64,000 nt of DNA, from contig OX597832.1 of the NCBI GenBank assembly GCA_951406725.2, positions 14,942,001 to 15,006,000 of the forward strand, read 5' to 3'. A program made the position numbers and the translations under genes. Shown piece after piece: positions 13,898 through 27,100 of the stretch (its first letter is position 1; the number at the start of each line of letters is the position of its first letter). The DNA comes from Octopus vulgaris. Taxonomy: Eukaryota. Below the pieces are notes generated by a model that was not told the origin of the DNA, ran no database searches, and saw only the letters and a program-made list of their open reading frames with translations.

Positions 13898-14421
13898 GAT
13901 GTCAGAATCTTTAGCACGCCGGGCAAAATGCTCTGCAGCATTTTGCCCGTCACTACATTCCTATTTAGGAAACTTCCGAAGTCGACCTCGCCTTTCGTTG
14001 TTTCGGAGTCGATAAAATAATTAACAGCTGAGTATTGAGGGTAGATTAAATCGGCTAGCCCCCTCCCTTAAAAGTTCAGGTCTTTTTAGAAAGGTTATTA
14101 GGTTCTGATTTCAAATTCTGCAGAGGTCAACTTTGCCTTTCATCCTTTCGGAGTCGATTAAATAGGTACCAGTTACGCACTGGGTTCGATGTAATCGACT
14201 TAATGCGTTTGTCTGTCCTCTCTGTGTTCAGCCCCTTGTAGATAGTAAAGAAATAAGTAATTCTTTTGTCTTTACGTCCTCAGTTCAAATTACACCGAGA
14301 TCGACTTTGACTTTCATCCCTTCTGAATTAGTAAATTAAGTACCAGTTGCGTACCGTGGTCGAGGCAACCGACTGGTCCCTTCCCATAGAATTTCGGGTC
14401 TTGTGTCTAGATTAGAAAAGA
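13898..14421 (+). mobile_element. SINE family A composite trimer (mixed tail types)
   Basis: Three GTCGACTTTGCCTTTCATCCTTTCGG-like central blocks at about 13980, 14125 and 14300. The middle unit has the family A tail; the outer units have a different tail. Confidence 0.8.
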
Positions 14422-14939
14422 TTGTAGGGTTTGGGGAGGAAAACCAGTTGTAAGTGTTTTTGTCTGTTTATGGCTAAGGTGAATGGCTATAGAAATGTTT
14501 TCACCTATGAGGGGATGAGTGCGTAGATGGTCGTGAAAGGAGAAACTAGCTGAATTTTAAATTATTTAGGCAGAAATTTATAACTAAATATTACGGGATT
14601 TAAGAAGTTAAGGTTATAAAATGAATTAACAGTTATCTTCTAAGATACTACGGTTGATAGAAAAGATAAAGAATGGTATTATTAACGACCATCAATGTAT
14701 GAGTGTTATGTGTGGTGTTATGTAAACTTATGGGTATATGGAATTTCTCCAAAGATTCTTCCTATTCAATCCCAATCCCCTGATTTTTACTAGTAACATT
14801 CATCATAAATAACTTAAAACTCAACTGGTTTCTCCTTTCACGACTATCTCTACACTCATAACCACACTCATAGCCACTGACCTTCGACAGAAAACTGACA
14901 CAAACACTTATTACTTGATTTCCACCCCAACCCCTACAA
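14422..14939. mobile_element. Foldback/MITE-like element with long imperfect terminal inverted repeats
   Basis: 14422-~14600 (TTGTAGGGTTTGGGGAGGAAA...GTCGTGAAAGGAGAAACTAGCTGA) is the reverse complement of ~14775-14939 (TCAACTGGTTTCTCCTTTCACGAC...TTCCACCCCAACCCCTACAA). Confidence 0.8.
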
Positions 14940-15095
14940 ACTAGAACCGCACTGGCGCCTATGATTCTCTTTGAATCCCTTTCATTTTCCTTTATAAAAA
15001 GGTATGTCCTGAAATGATTTACGGACCATGTATTTCGTCTCCAGGGGAAATGTTCGATGGTTCCACAAGTCCCGTCTCAGCTATGAATATTTTAA

Positions 15096-15192
<97 letters not shown>

Positions 15193-16711
15193 TATATATA
15201 TATGTAAAGAAAGTTATTCTCCTACCTATATTGTTGTAAATGCTTTTAATACTTTACACGAACGTATATAAACTGGAGATACACATATTACAGGCATTTC
15301 CCCAGACACACACACTAATTAACCATAGACGCACATAGAGATATACGCATGCGCAAATGAAGACACATACAAGAGAAATACAAAATGGTTGACGGTTAGA
15401 AAGGAGAGACACACAAATAAGAAAGAAGAAAGCAAAGGACCACTGATGCGGTCGCAGGAGTGTGACGAATGAATTCTGGCCGAAATAAGATTATCATTAA
15501 TGTAAAAAATAAATAACGCTGAAGCAAAGTAATACAATATTTATAGCTCGTATGTTTTATTGGCTAAACTGGCAAAATGACCATTCCTAAATACAACAAT
15601 ATCTGTTTCAGCATACAATTTCACATCAAAAATCTTGCAAAACAAATATATATATATTAACAAATCGTATTCACATAAAAATCGTAAACATAATAGCTTA
15701 CCAATGACTTCAAGGACACATATGCATACTCATTCGCTTCAACAACAAGATACACAAAATCTACCTAATAAATAATATGAAAAGTACATACTAAAATAAT
15801 ATTGGAAAATACACAGAAAATGAAATAAACAAGAATATATTTTATTTGAAAATAAAATGAAAATAAATATAATGTAATAGGAAATGTAACATAAATATAT
15901 ATATATATTTGTTTGAATTAATTACATGCTTGAAATGGTGTTCAAAATAGAAACCTTTCTGTTCTCTATTGCATGACATCCATCTGATAACTGCTATATT
16001 GTGTACGCCGTAGCAAAAATCTAATGCAATTAAGTAAAGTTCAACGATGGGTTCAACATTTAAAGATAGCATTCTAAATACCATTACTGATATCATTAGT
16101 AATAGAGATGTTTATCCTTTTTACTCATATTATTACAATTTCTATTCTTAATTCAATGAAATTTATATAGCATAAAAACCACTGTTAAATATAAATAAAT
16201 ATATTTTCTTTACTATATAAATTAAATAAGTAAATATCAAATATTTGATCATAGTTCACAATTGGGATTGGATTTCGTATAATGTTTCTATGAGAAGCAA
16301 GTATCAATTACAAAACAACAGGCTGAATTACGACTAAAATTATATGCTACTGAAAACTGAAAGAAGGAAACTAAAATCATTGTTCTTATTTTAATTAAAT
16401 GATTATTATTTATGGTAAATACAGATTTTCGTATTATTATACAGATCATGATTCTTACCATGAACTCAACAATGTAATGTAAACCTATCCTGGACTTCTG
16501 TGTGCGCAGCTTTGTTCCTGAATCTTACGTATATTGTTAATAGAAATTCAGTTTGTTTTCTTTTTCAAAAGTCTATTGTTTGCCTTTGTATATATATTTT
16601 CTTCTTTCTCTTGATATTAGCTCATTCCATTCATTTCTTTTCTAGAATTTGTACCACTACTTTTATAGTTTGTGCACTTCATAGCATCTGTCGATCTTTT
16701 TATAATCGTTG

Positions 16712-16745
<34 letters not shown>

Positions 16746-16821
16746 CATTATTGCCCTTTTATGAATCCATCAAGACGAATATTTTCATGCATTTGCTATT
16801 GCTTTAACATTAAAAACATTA

Positions 16822-16917
<96 letters not shown>

Positions 16918-16926
16918 TATTGTTAT

Positions 16927-17075
16927 GAAGTCTGTGAGCTGCCAGAGTCGTTAGCACGCCGGGCGAAATGCTTAGAGGCATTTCGACTACCGCTACGTTC
17001 TCAATTAGAATTACCCCCGAGGTCGACTTTGCAAAATGCTTCGCAGCATTATTTCCTGTCTTACATTCTGAGTTT
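16927..17075 (+). mobile_element. SINE family A 5' fragment following (ATT)n/(ATC)n
   Basis: GAGCTGCCAGAGTCGTTAGCACGCCGGGCGAAATGCTTAG head, running to GAGGTCGACTTTGC. Confidence 0.8.
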
Positions 17076-17661
17076 GTTTCTTCCGATGCTACGTTTTCAT
17101 TTTCTCAGTATCGTGGTTTAGTGCGTAGATCATAGATTTTCTTTTACCTGCAAGATTTTACTGGAGATCTCTTGGCAGATAAGTATCGCAACTGGCAGCA
17201 AAACGGGAGATTATTTAGACTTGTGAATCGAGTATTGTGGTGTTCTTGAGAGAATAGCGAATGACGTGGCATTGCATTTAAAAGATTTGATAAACGCAGA
17301 TTTCAATTTAGAGCAAATTACACAACGTATATGTATTGCTTTTATTGTTTTCATTTAGAGAGTTGACAAAATTTATGTATCGCATTTTATATGAAAAGCT
17401 GTTATTACAAAAATTCGTATTGTTATACGAATCCCAGAATATAAGAGATTTTTCAAGCAATATTGAATAAACACATTTATTCGGAAGAGTATCTTGTGAA
17501 GTCATGTGCGGTTGTTTAAAATTCATATTTCTATGCATTAATATATATATATATCTCTTTGGTATGACTTGTACCGAATTATATGTATGTTATAGGTACA
17601 ATTTCGCAAATTAACATCTATTAAGATGAGAAAGAGATGTTTGTGAGGGATGTAGTAGAAG

Positions 17662-17842
17662 CTCGTCTGCCGTTACGTTCGGGGTTCAAATTCCGCGGAG
17701 GTCGACTTTGCCTTTCATCCTTTCAGGGGTCGATAAATTAAGTACCATTTACGCACTGGGGTTGATGTAATCGACTTAATCCGTTTGTATGTCCTTGTTC
17801 GTCCCCTCTGTATTTAGCGTCTTGTGGGTAGTAAAGAAATAT
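17662..17842 (+). mobile_element. SINE family A, 5'-truncated
   Basis: B-box GGTTCAAATTCC, central block, and tail ending GTAAAGAAATA. Confidence 0.9.
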
Positions 17843-19319
17843 ATATTTAAAATAAATGGACTTCAAACCGTAGATTTCAAGTTACCTTGAGTAGATTGAT
17901 TGCCTTAAGCTATGGAGGAATGAGAACTGGTTTCAAATCTGTGATCTTGTGCTTGTCGAAAGTTGTGGCTATCTTACCACTGATAGTAAATAAGGCGAGG
18001 GCGGGTGATTGATATGAACTCAGTACTGAGAGAAAACAAGGCAGAGATTATCTAGTGGTAAATTGTTGGTGGACGTGCAGAAGAAAAGAAGAATGAATAT
18101 GTCATAGGAGATTTGCTTGCTAATAGAAGAAACATATATAACTGAATGTTATATACCTATCCTAATGCACTTTATTATTTCTAATATAGCAGCAGTTTGC
18201 TTATGGTTTAGAATTGCTTGCACTTAATCATAGAATATTAATAACTATTTACTGTTTGAACGCAGAATATACTCATATCAGATCCAAATCATCTCCATTT
18301 AAATGTGTTTATATCATATATCGTGCGCGTGCGTGTGTTGTTGTGCGCCTGGGCAAAGGAAGGAGTTGATATGTTTTGATTAACGCTAAATACATTTCAT
18401 TTGCGATCGATTTTGCTGCTTTAAATTTAGCAAAATATTTATCTTGTAACATATTTTACAATGTATGTTTTGAGAGCCTCATCATACTTTTACAGACAAA
18501 TTTCATTATATACTGACAAATAAGATGATATTGCTATTAGCTTACTTGCACTAGAAATATTTGTCTTTCTTTTCTATTTCTAGATATGAACAAGTCAACA
18601 GACTTATAGTTATTTTCATTTCAGTTCGGGTTTGAAAGGTTTTCGTTTCCATACAATTGAAACCATGCTGCCGCCAAGCTTATATTTCAATCTAAGCATG
18701 CCGTAAAATGAAATTAGTAAACAAAGATAAATTGATCTAAGGCTGATTAAATTTGTCTAGACATTGCGTAGTTGTTGTATATATCTTTCCACAAATATAT
18801 TCAGCTATCTTTTCAAATCATCCCAGAGTCAGACAGAAAACAAATGTGAGAACGAATTGCATATCGATTATGCAAAAATCATTTCATAGTTATAAATATT
18901 TCTTCAATATCCGTCTTATTTTATTTTACTACCAATATCAAAGTTGAAATCAGTTATAAAAATATCAGGTCACAGCCTTCACGCAACTTAACACATTCAA
19001 CTTTAACGTTATGACTATATTTTTAAATATATTATATGTGTTTCAGCATCGCATGGAATAAAATCAAATATACAAACGGTGACAGCGGTGTAGGCTATAT
19101 TGAAATATTGAAACTAGTAAACTATTAATTTTCCTTTTTGCATAGTTTGCTGCATATATACATATCAAAATTTCAGAAGCACAAAATAGAATTGACAATG
19201 GTCAAATTACAGGGAAACCATTCCTTCGTAGCATTGAATCAGAGAAAACGTTATATAGGAAATACGACGATGGACACAAAATCCGCAGACTACAATGAAG
19301 GAGTAACGCTAGAGCTGTG

Positions 19320-20320
19320 AAATTTTGCATGCGGTTATTTCAAAGCATCTTTGTAAGTGAATTCGTTTTTTTTTTCCAGTTAAAATGGCACCTGGCTGTC
19401 CAAAAGCTTGAAACCTAGCGAATTGTCTTGAAAATGGACATTTGGCACCCTTGGTACGGCAGAGGAAAGGTATTACGCTCAATGGCATTGTTGCAATTAT
19501 AATTGCTAGAGAGGAAAAAGTTTTATCAACAGAGCAACTTTGGGCAGCTGAATTGGGGAGAGGAAGGGAGAGACCGGACGTTAACTCAAATTTGGATCGC
19601 TTTCAATAAATAGTGAAGGAAGATATCCATTAACTATAAGCCAATGCTATAAGAGTATCCCGTGAAGAGTTGGGAATATTTTGCACAACGAAATTGACAT
19701 GACGCAGGATTCTGCTAAGTGGGGACCACATTTCTGAAACCTGATCAAAAACACATAAGCAGATCATACCACGAGAAAATCTGACAATGTTTGAGGCAAA
19801 TCCATGTGGTTCCCTTGAATATAGGATGAGTGCTGACTTGCACACTTTAAGCCAGAGATAAAGAGGAAAATCCATACAGTGGAAACACCCCATTTCACCG
19901 TCACTAATGTTCGGCCAAGCTCGATGTATCTGCAAGGAACATTTTGGTCTTAGTCTCGAGGAATGCATAAGGCATTGTTTCTATTTACTATTTTCTAAAG
20001 GGTAGCACCATGAATGAAGATTGCTATTCCACATTGCTGAAGCAGTTACGAAAGACTATTAAGACCATCCGCCCAGGATAACTGACGAAAATTGTACTGA
20101 TTTATCAGGTGAAAGCCCCTGCAGAAAAGTCATTCGATTCAACGGCTGCAATGGATGTCTGTGTCTTTGAACTAGTTGATCACTCTCCCTATACTCCCGA
20201 TTTGAACCCATATGATTATTTCTCAAAATGGAAAAACACTTTAATGGGAACCAGTATCGCAGTGATGGCTGCTGCTGTTGATGACATTTGTAAGCAACAA
20301 TATCAAAGCTTTAACTCCAA
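19320..20320 (+). pseudogene. Degenerate mariner (DD34D) transposase
   Basis: Broken-frame motifs WAAELGRGRE, KWGPH (WVPH-like), QWKHPISP and ELVDHSPYTPDLNPYDY (YSPDLAPxD-like). Boundaries approximate. Confidence 0.85.
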
Positions 20321-20329
20321 AACAGATTT

Positions 20330-21190
20330 TGAGAGAGAACAGCAACGTAAGTTTCCCAGGAGAATTGAAAGAACGCATTCTAGAAATCCTCCGGCTATGT
20401 GAATTCCATTGTGTTGAATACCCGCTGAATTGCAACAGTTCGAGCCTGAATAGTATCTTTAATTGTTCTACGGAATAACGCTATCTCAGCGGTTACGAAC
20501 TATCGTGGCAAAAGAAACGATATGATAGTAAACAGATTGTGCAATATTCTCAAAAGAGTAACGGAATCAGCCTATGAGAATTAGTGTTAGTGCATTGAGG
20601 AAATATGTTATGAGAGTGTTTTGGCGTAATAATCATTCTCAGTATGGAATGTTTAATATGGAATTATTAATATATCGTTGTAATTGATTTGAAATATATG
20701 AGTCATATAAGAGTGCTATATTTCCCTCTAGAAGCTTCATATTTTCTCTGCGTTACGTAGAAATTTCTATACGTCTAAACAAAAACTCTCAGAACTTATA
20801 GCCACAAGCTTTCAGAGCAATATCAGGCTGTACTTGTAAGACAGATATTAGGTACGTGCAGCAATATGATGCAAAAGCTAAATATCATACAGCATATTGG
20901 AAGGGAAGGATTTTATGTGGTGATCTTTTGTTTCAGATATGCTCAGCTTCAGAAAACCTTCCATTAAAGGTATTTTATATCTAGAAATAAAACGAAAATA
21001 GAAAAATGATGAATATTCCAAGATTTTAGACGTTTCAAGGAGATTCTGTTGCTGCTTTCCACATGTTACGCAGCGGTAATCTCTAGTAGGAGATTTTTTG
21101 CACTTACAAGTTAACATAGCGATCAAGGATTTTTGTATGACGACAATGAAATTTTGGTGGAAGACACGATTTCTATGTTGTGCTATAATT
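20330..21190 (+). mobile_element. Highly decayed non-LTR reverse transcriptase remnant
   Basis: Scattered motifs in RT order: TNYRG (~20500), FQGDS (~21035), and a frameshifted FLYDD resembling YADD (~21130). Confidence 0.35.
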
Positions 21191-21982
21191 TCATCTTATT
21201 TTCCTTTCTAACTTCTGGCAGACAGAAATAACGAAATTGTGGGATATTATCCAATAATCAGTGTCAGTAAGCATTAATGTTCCGTTATATCAGACAGCTG
21301 ATTATCGCTAGCCAATGACTATTATCATAATATCGTGAGCCTTAAGGAGCAGGCAACAAGAAAGAAATGTGGAGCGGGAAAATACTTAATGTACTTGCTG
21401 ACAGGTTGTGATTACATTTCAATGAAGAGACTTGTGAAGTTTATTGGATTTGACTGTTATCAAAATTGTGTCCTTTCTGACAATAGGCAAAGGAAAAAGG
21501 AAAGGCTATAGGAAAAAAATATTATGCATAAATCATATATTTTTTTATGTCACTGATGTCACATCCTTGTATGAGTAATTATATAGTCAATATATGATTA
21601 TATTAATGTCATGACTATTAGTATTGAAATATCAGCAAAATAACATTATATAGTCAATAAAGTTAAGAGCACATTTGCTTATAGAAGGGATAAGTAATTT
21701 CTTGACGCTGACAATGCAATGTTACAATGGCAAATGCTTTCTTCCTGGATCTAGTGGCCTGCAACAGTAGTAAAACATAAAAGCTGATCTGAAATTGTAG
21801 CCTTTGATTCATAGAGGATTACACGAAATCTAAATTGATACACCTGAATTGATCGATATAAAGTGATTAAATAACTCTCTCTAAACAATAAGAATCTTAC
21901 TAAACAACATATAAGTACCGATTGTTTAAATTTAATATTAGAGCACAAATATGTATATAAAAGTATATATAGGAACGTTGAT

Positions 21983-22236
21983 CTTTTACTTTAGTCAATC
22001 ATTGGGCTGCGGTCATTCCTGCCTTTAAGGTTTTACCCTAAAAAGATGATTCCAACAATTATTTATTTATTTTAATATTGCACTGATTCTAGCGTCCCAT
22101 GCTGCCGAAAGGCTACTCTAGAGGAACGTAAAACAACCAACAGCGATTATCAGGTGATGGAAGTGAGTGACAGAAATATGCAGTGCAGGAACGCACACAT
22201 AAAACACAACTCAGGCAAACTTGTAAACGAACACAC

Positions 22237-22267
<31 letters not shown>

Positions 22268-22440
22268 AACACAAACACACACACACACATATACGTGTAT
22301 ATATATATAAACACAATAATTTTGTTTCAGTTTCCCTCAACCAAACCCACTTACTACACTAATGCCGGCATGGGCTTAAGTAAAAAAAGACCATTACCCG
22401 AAAGTGTGCAGTGGTATTGAACATGGGACAAAGTGGCCGT
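21983..22440 (-). mobile_element. Old, diverged SINE family B copy
   Basis: Same architecture as family B (tail, CA microsatellite, TTTCAGTTTCC block, head) with many substitutions. Confidence 0.65.
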
Positions 22441-23024
22441 TACGGACAACCATCCGCTTTATGATCTATTTTCTTTCGTTCATCGTCTAGCTACATGCAA
22501 GCACGAATATAACAAGATGAGTAAAATTTTGAAACATTACATGGTATTGACTTAATTAAAATCAATCAGTTATTGCAAAAATAAATTTTAAATTTAACCC
22601 TAGAAAAGACCACATTCCTCTATATAAATTACGAATTTTAAAAGCGATAACCAACATGAAGTATATATATATATATATATATACGCGTTGTGTGCGCGCT
22701 CATGGTGCAACAATTTATTATAACTAATGAAATGATATGAGGAATGTTTGATTATTTGTTAATTAAATAAACGAGAGTAGAATTCAAGTTCACACAGTTC
22801 GTGATTTATGAATGGAATAGTCGACGTTTAACTTTCTATTCTTGCCGTTGAGCGCACATTAGTGATTAGTGATGGACTTGAGAAATCATTGCCGTCCTTA
22901 TCGATGTGTTAGCTTGACATTGGCACGGTATACTCGCTTAAACTTTGATAACTTATAATGTAAGAGGAATTACTGTAATAGTTGTATAAGAAGCACGAAA
23001 AAGGTTATGTATTAAAATATGACC

Positions 23025-23046
23025 ATTGCGCAATCATGTGACGTCA
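23025..23046. promoter_or_regulatory. Adjacent perfect C/EBP palindrome (ATTGCGCAAT) and CRE (TGACGTCA)
   Basis: Exact consensus motifs at 23025-23034 and 23039-23046 in non-repetitive-looking DNA. Function untested. Confidence 0.3.
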
Positions 23047-23393
23047 GAATTAACATTGGTGTAACGCATAAATATCTGTGATTGCCTTAGCAGTGTTCGA
23101 CTTCAAGATCATGGTTAATTAGTTAATCAAGGAATGCACTGATTCCTATTCCGTAACAATATATCATTGCCTGCTATTATTGCATTTCACAGACTATGTC
23201 TACAATTTCAATTCACTAGATATATATTGAAATATTTCAGTTATTAATGAGCTTTATATAACTTTGTCAATATTATATATATAAATGTTGTGTGTGTGTG
23301 TGTGTGTAAATTTATATATATAAATATATATATTTGTATGTATAGGTATGCGAGCATATACAGAAACACAAAGACACACATATATACATACAT

Positions 23394-23469
<76 letters not shown>

Positions 23470-24150
23470 AAATGGGGAGGTTGATGAATTTCGCGTGTAA
23501 ATTACTCAAAGAGAAGCGTAATATTGATATCTCATTTTAACATATATATTTACCAAAATTACATAAAACTATCATTGAATAATGAGGAAATTTGTTCAAT
23601 GAAATTGCCATTGCTTTCATCCACGTTCTCCATACTTCTTTGGAATCTCCTGCAACTCTTTTGTGCGGCCTGCCTCTGAAATTGGTGAATGCTGCCATAA
23701 TACTTGTCTTCAGTTCATCTTTAGTGTTACGAAGAGTTTATTTGGTCTCCACTCAGGGGTTTGTAATTTGGGGAGTTATGTGGCTAGATGTTAGATGTTG
23801 TGTGGTCGCAGAAATTTTCTGACAGTAATGGTTATGTTCTCTTGCTTGTTGGCATGGTGCAGGTCATATAGCTAGATATATAGTCTTTCCAGCAGTTATA
23901 CACGTAATCCACAGCAGCACTACCTCCTACATCCACTTGATGTAGGCTTTTATTTTGAGTGTTAGGCAGCGGTGAAATAGGAATTGTGGCTTAATGTCGC
24001 CATCACTAGTGATCGCTCGAAACACCACGAGGTTGACTGGGTGTTTGATTTGTGTCACTCTCGGCACATGTTCTCACATTGCACTTTCCTCCGACTGACA
24101 CACAAGCACTCTTAAATTATCTTGTTGTTTCCAAATTCCTGGGTAAGTGA
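23470..24150 (-). pseudogene. Degenerate maT/DD37D-type transposase with terminal region
   Basis: Minus-strand broken translation IKHPVNLVVFRAITSDGDI...AYIKWM*EVVLLWI...LSENFCDHTTSNI...NTKDELKTSIMAAFTN. Confidence 0.8.
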
Positions 24151-24369
24151 ATTGCATCATGGTGCTGTTTTTGTCGCAGACAGTGCATAACGGACCCTTC
24201 GGTACTCTGTAGTCCACAAAATGAAACACAAAGGGTGCAAACGCCAGAACTTATAAGAAACAGAATAAATGGCGGCTATTTCTCCATCGCAAACTGTATA
24301 TAGTTTCTGTATATAGAGAAACCTAAATCCCTGCGCAAAACCCCCACATCCCAGCGCGTGTAGTTATCT

Positions 24370-24585
24370 CTGTGTCTCTGCGAGTTGTATTTTTGGAAGA
24401 CGTACCTGATCCTGTTACCTACTCTCATTATGTAGGGCGTCGCAACTTTCTCCAATACCTTTATGTAGAGAACAATATAGAATCTTAACTCCTGGGAAAA
24501 AATGTGAGGAAGCATGACATCTCATTTGTTTCCTACGTCTTCCAGTACCATCACAGAGGTTGGGAACTTAGGATGCATGATGGAA
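24370..24585 (-). pseudogene. Second maT/DD37D transposase fragment (different subfamily)
   Basis: MHPKFPTSVMVLEDVGNK*DVMLPHIFSQELRF...YIKVLEKVATPYI...YVFQK matches the KFPAxVMVLGVVSNEGDVMPPH...YVFQQD region. Confidence 0.75.
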
Positions 24586-25394
24586 GAAGCATAGTTGAGT
24601 TTAGGCATAACAGTCTACGTTCTACGGTTTATTGTATATGATCCATTTTTCCTGTTGGGGAGATAAAGCAGAACATTCCAGCCTCATGGTGTTTTAACTT
24701 AGAAATCTGTCCTTTCATGTGAAATTCTGAACATGAACGTTTGATAATATTGCGATCTATTCAATATAGATAAAATGGGCAAATGAAATTGGAACGGCAA
24801 AAAGAGAATGTATATATCTTATGTCTTGTGATACCACAAGCATACAGGAATAAATATACAATTATATTATTATCATGAGCATGAATACTCAGCATAGTCT
24901 ATCGGACTAAAAGAATAGTAATAAAATATCTAGAAAATATCATTGTATAGTCAGTAAAGAAAAGAAAACATTCGCTTACAGAGGTGCTATATCATTTCTT
25001 AAGAATGATAATGCAAAGTTAAAACGGCAAATGCTATCATCTTAGACCAATGGCTTCAACAGTAGTAAACTGTTTTAACCAGCTAAGCAAGCGCTTTACA
25101 TATTCTCAAGGATCCACTTTTGTCACCTCTTATATAAACTAACTATTATTCATCACATATGATGGATTTCCTCAGGTACATCTTTTCTGATAGTACATTC
25201 TGAAACTTGGATGTCCTTTGCAATGGCTCTGATTGACTTGCCGGAGTTTCTGCCGAGTATTTATTGGATATTTGTGTAAGTTTATGTCCTTATGGTATTA
25301 AAACCCTTTACATGCTTTTGCGTTTAGCTGCACATGTTATATCACTTTTAGAGCTTCCAGCTTCATTCGAATTCTAATAATGAAGGATCGAGCA

Positions 25395-25568
25395 TTTTTC
25401 AGGAGGTGACGTATTACTATGTTGTAACAACGGCAAAATTCTAAATTTCCATTTGCTTTATCGACCTGGTGTCCATCATAATTTATATGAAAAGTAAGGG
25501 AAAATGGAAGTTTGAATAAATATAGTGCTCTTGAACGAATTCTCCTCAAAAATCTGATGCACCCTGTG
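25395..25568 (+). mobile_element. Possible 3' end of a Tc1/mariner-superfamily element
   Basis: Ends in GCACCCTGT, the reverse of a CAGGGTG-type TIR. Otherwise weak. Confidence 0.3.
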
Positions 25569-26137
25569 TATGTTTATGCATGTATGCGTTTGCGACAGAA
25601 AGAGTGACATAGATAGGGCAAGAGAAAGAGAGAAAAAGAAAGAGAGTGAGCAAGAAAGAGGGAGATAGTGAACGTGTATGTATGGATCTATGAATGTATT
25701 TGTAGGAGGATATTGTGTATTTCTTTCAATATAAAAGGCAGCTGCGCTTCTTCAATAATTCATTGTAATTTATATAAAAACGACAAATTTGTCTGCTTTT
25801 ATATGTGCCTTCCTTTTACTTAATGATCTGTCATAATTCGAGAAATCTAGATTGCTTTTTCATATAGAGTTGCTCAAAATTCTCATGTATACTAATTGCC
25901 ACAAACCACTTAGAGGTGGAGATGTTTAAGGACACAAGAAATTATATTTTGTTATATAGTTTTCAATATTGCTTTATTTCTATATTATATACATGCTTCA
26001 AATCAAGTATACAGAAACAAATTTACTCTATCTACACAATGTACGGAAAACCATTTAAACCTATTTGAAAATAACTACTACCAATCTCTTAGTCTTATCT
26101 TTATTACTCCAGTTGTCTATTTACTCATATGTACATA

Positions 26138-26690
26138 TGTTGTTGAGCGGACGACTAGAAGCTGTGGCGGTCTGAGTGAGCGGACGTAGGTTTTAATGTA
26201 TGGAAGACTTAAGGTGTCATTTTGGTAATTTGTCGGAATATCGTATGTCTGTTCGTGTATACTTCGTGGAGTTTGTTGGATTGCTACGTTGTCCTCACCC
26301 TGTTTCCTTACATATTTTATTGTTTTTACACAGCTTTAGTGTCCAAATGTATCGTTATAAAATGTGCCGATGCAACAGTAACTGGCGACCAATAATTACG
26401 TTACACTATTGGCGACACAGGTCAGTTAACAAATTTTTTGTGATACCAAGTCCTTCTTGACGGAAGACATGTAAGCTTTTATAGTACAGTTGCAAAAGCT
26501 GCAGTAAGGATAGCAACATGAATTGCAGGAACAACTGCTTCAGGAACGAGAAAAACAACATTAGATGTAGTTATGTCTTAAGAAGTCCGAAAACCCTATA
26601 AGTTCGTTTGTACCAGTGAGGTAACGAACAAAATCCAGTTATAACCCAATGGAGAGTATAACGTTTGCAGAGTGCATTAGAATATACATA
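26138..26690 (+). mobile_element. Gypsy (Mag-like) LTR retrotransposon relic: LTR, PBS and start of gag
   Basis: TGT... start and ...TTACA end (26405), then PBS-like TGGCGAC (26410), then a Q-rich broken gag (QLQKLQ...ELQEQLLQEREKQH) and SYNPMESITFAE, which resembles the Mag gag YxPExxxTF motif. Confidence 0.6.
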
Positions 26691-26736
26691 GAAATCTGTA
26701 TATGCGCATCTAGTTATATTGTTTAATTTCCCTTAC

Positions 26737-26810
<74 letters not shown>

Positions 26811-27100
26811 AGGAAGTATTTTCTCCGTTTACTTCATACCTTGTAGTTGCATCATGTGAAAGGCCTTTTGAGATTCCGACAAAATCTGTGTGTAACTTAA
26901 TAATAAGTTTTCCGTTTAAATTTCAAATGCAGAGAAAATCCTTTTTCATGACTCTTCTTCACCCCAAAACTTTGATGTATGAAATCATGTTTTGAACCAT
27001 GTGCTTCATGCAGGATTTTTGTTTAGAAAACAACAACCATATGGAAGTAATATTTATTGCTAAATTTCCAGTCCCGGAAATATTTTCATTTTATGTAAAG

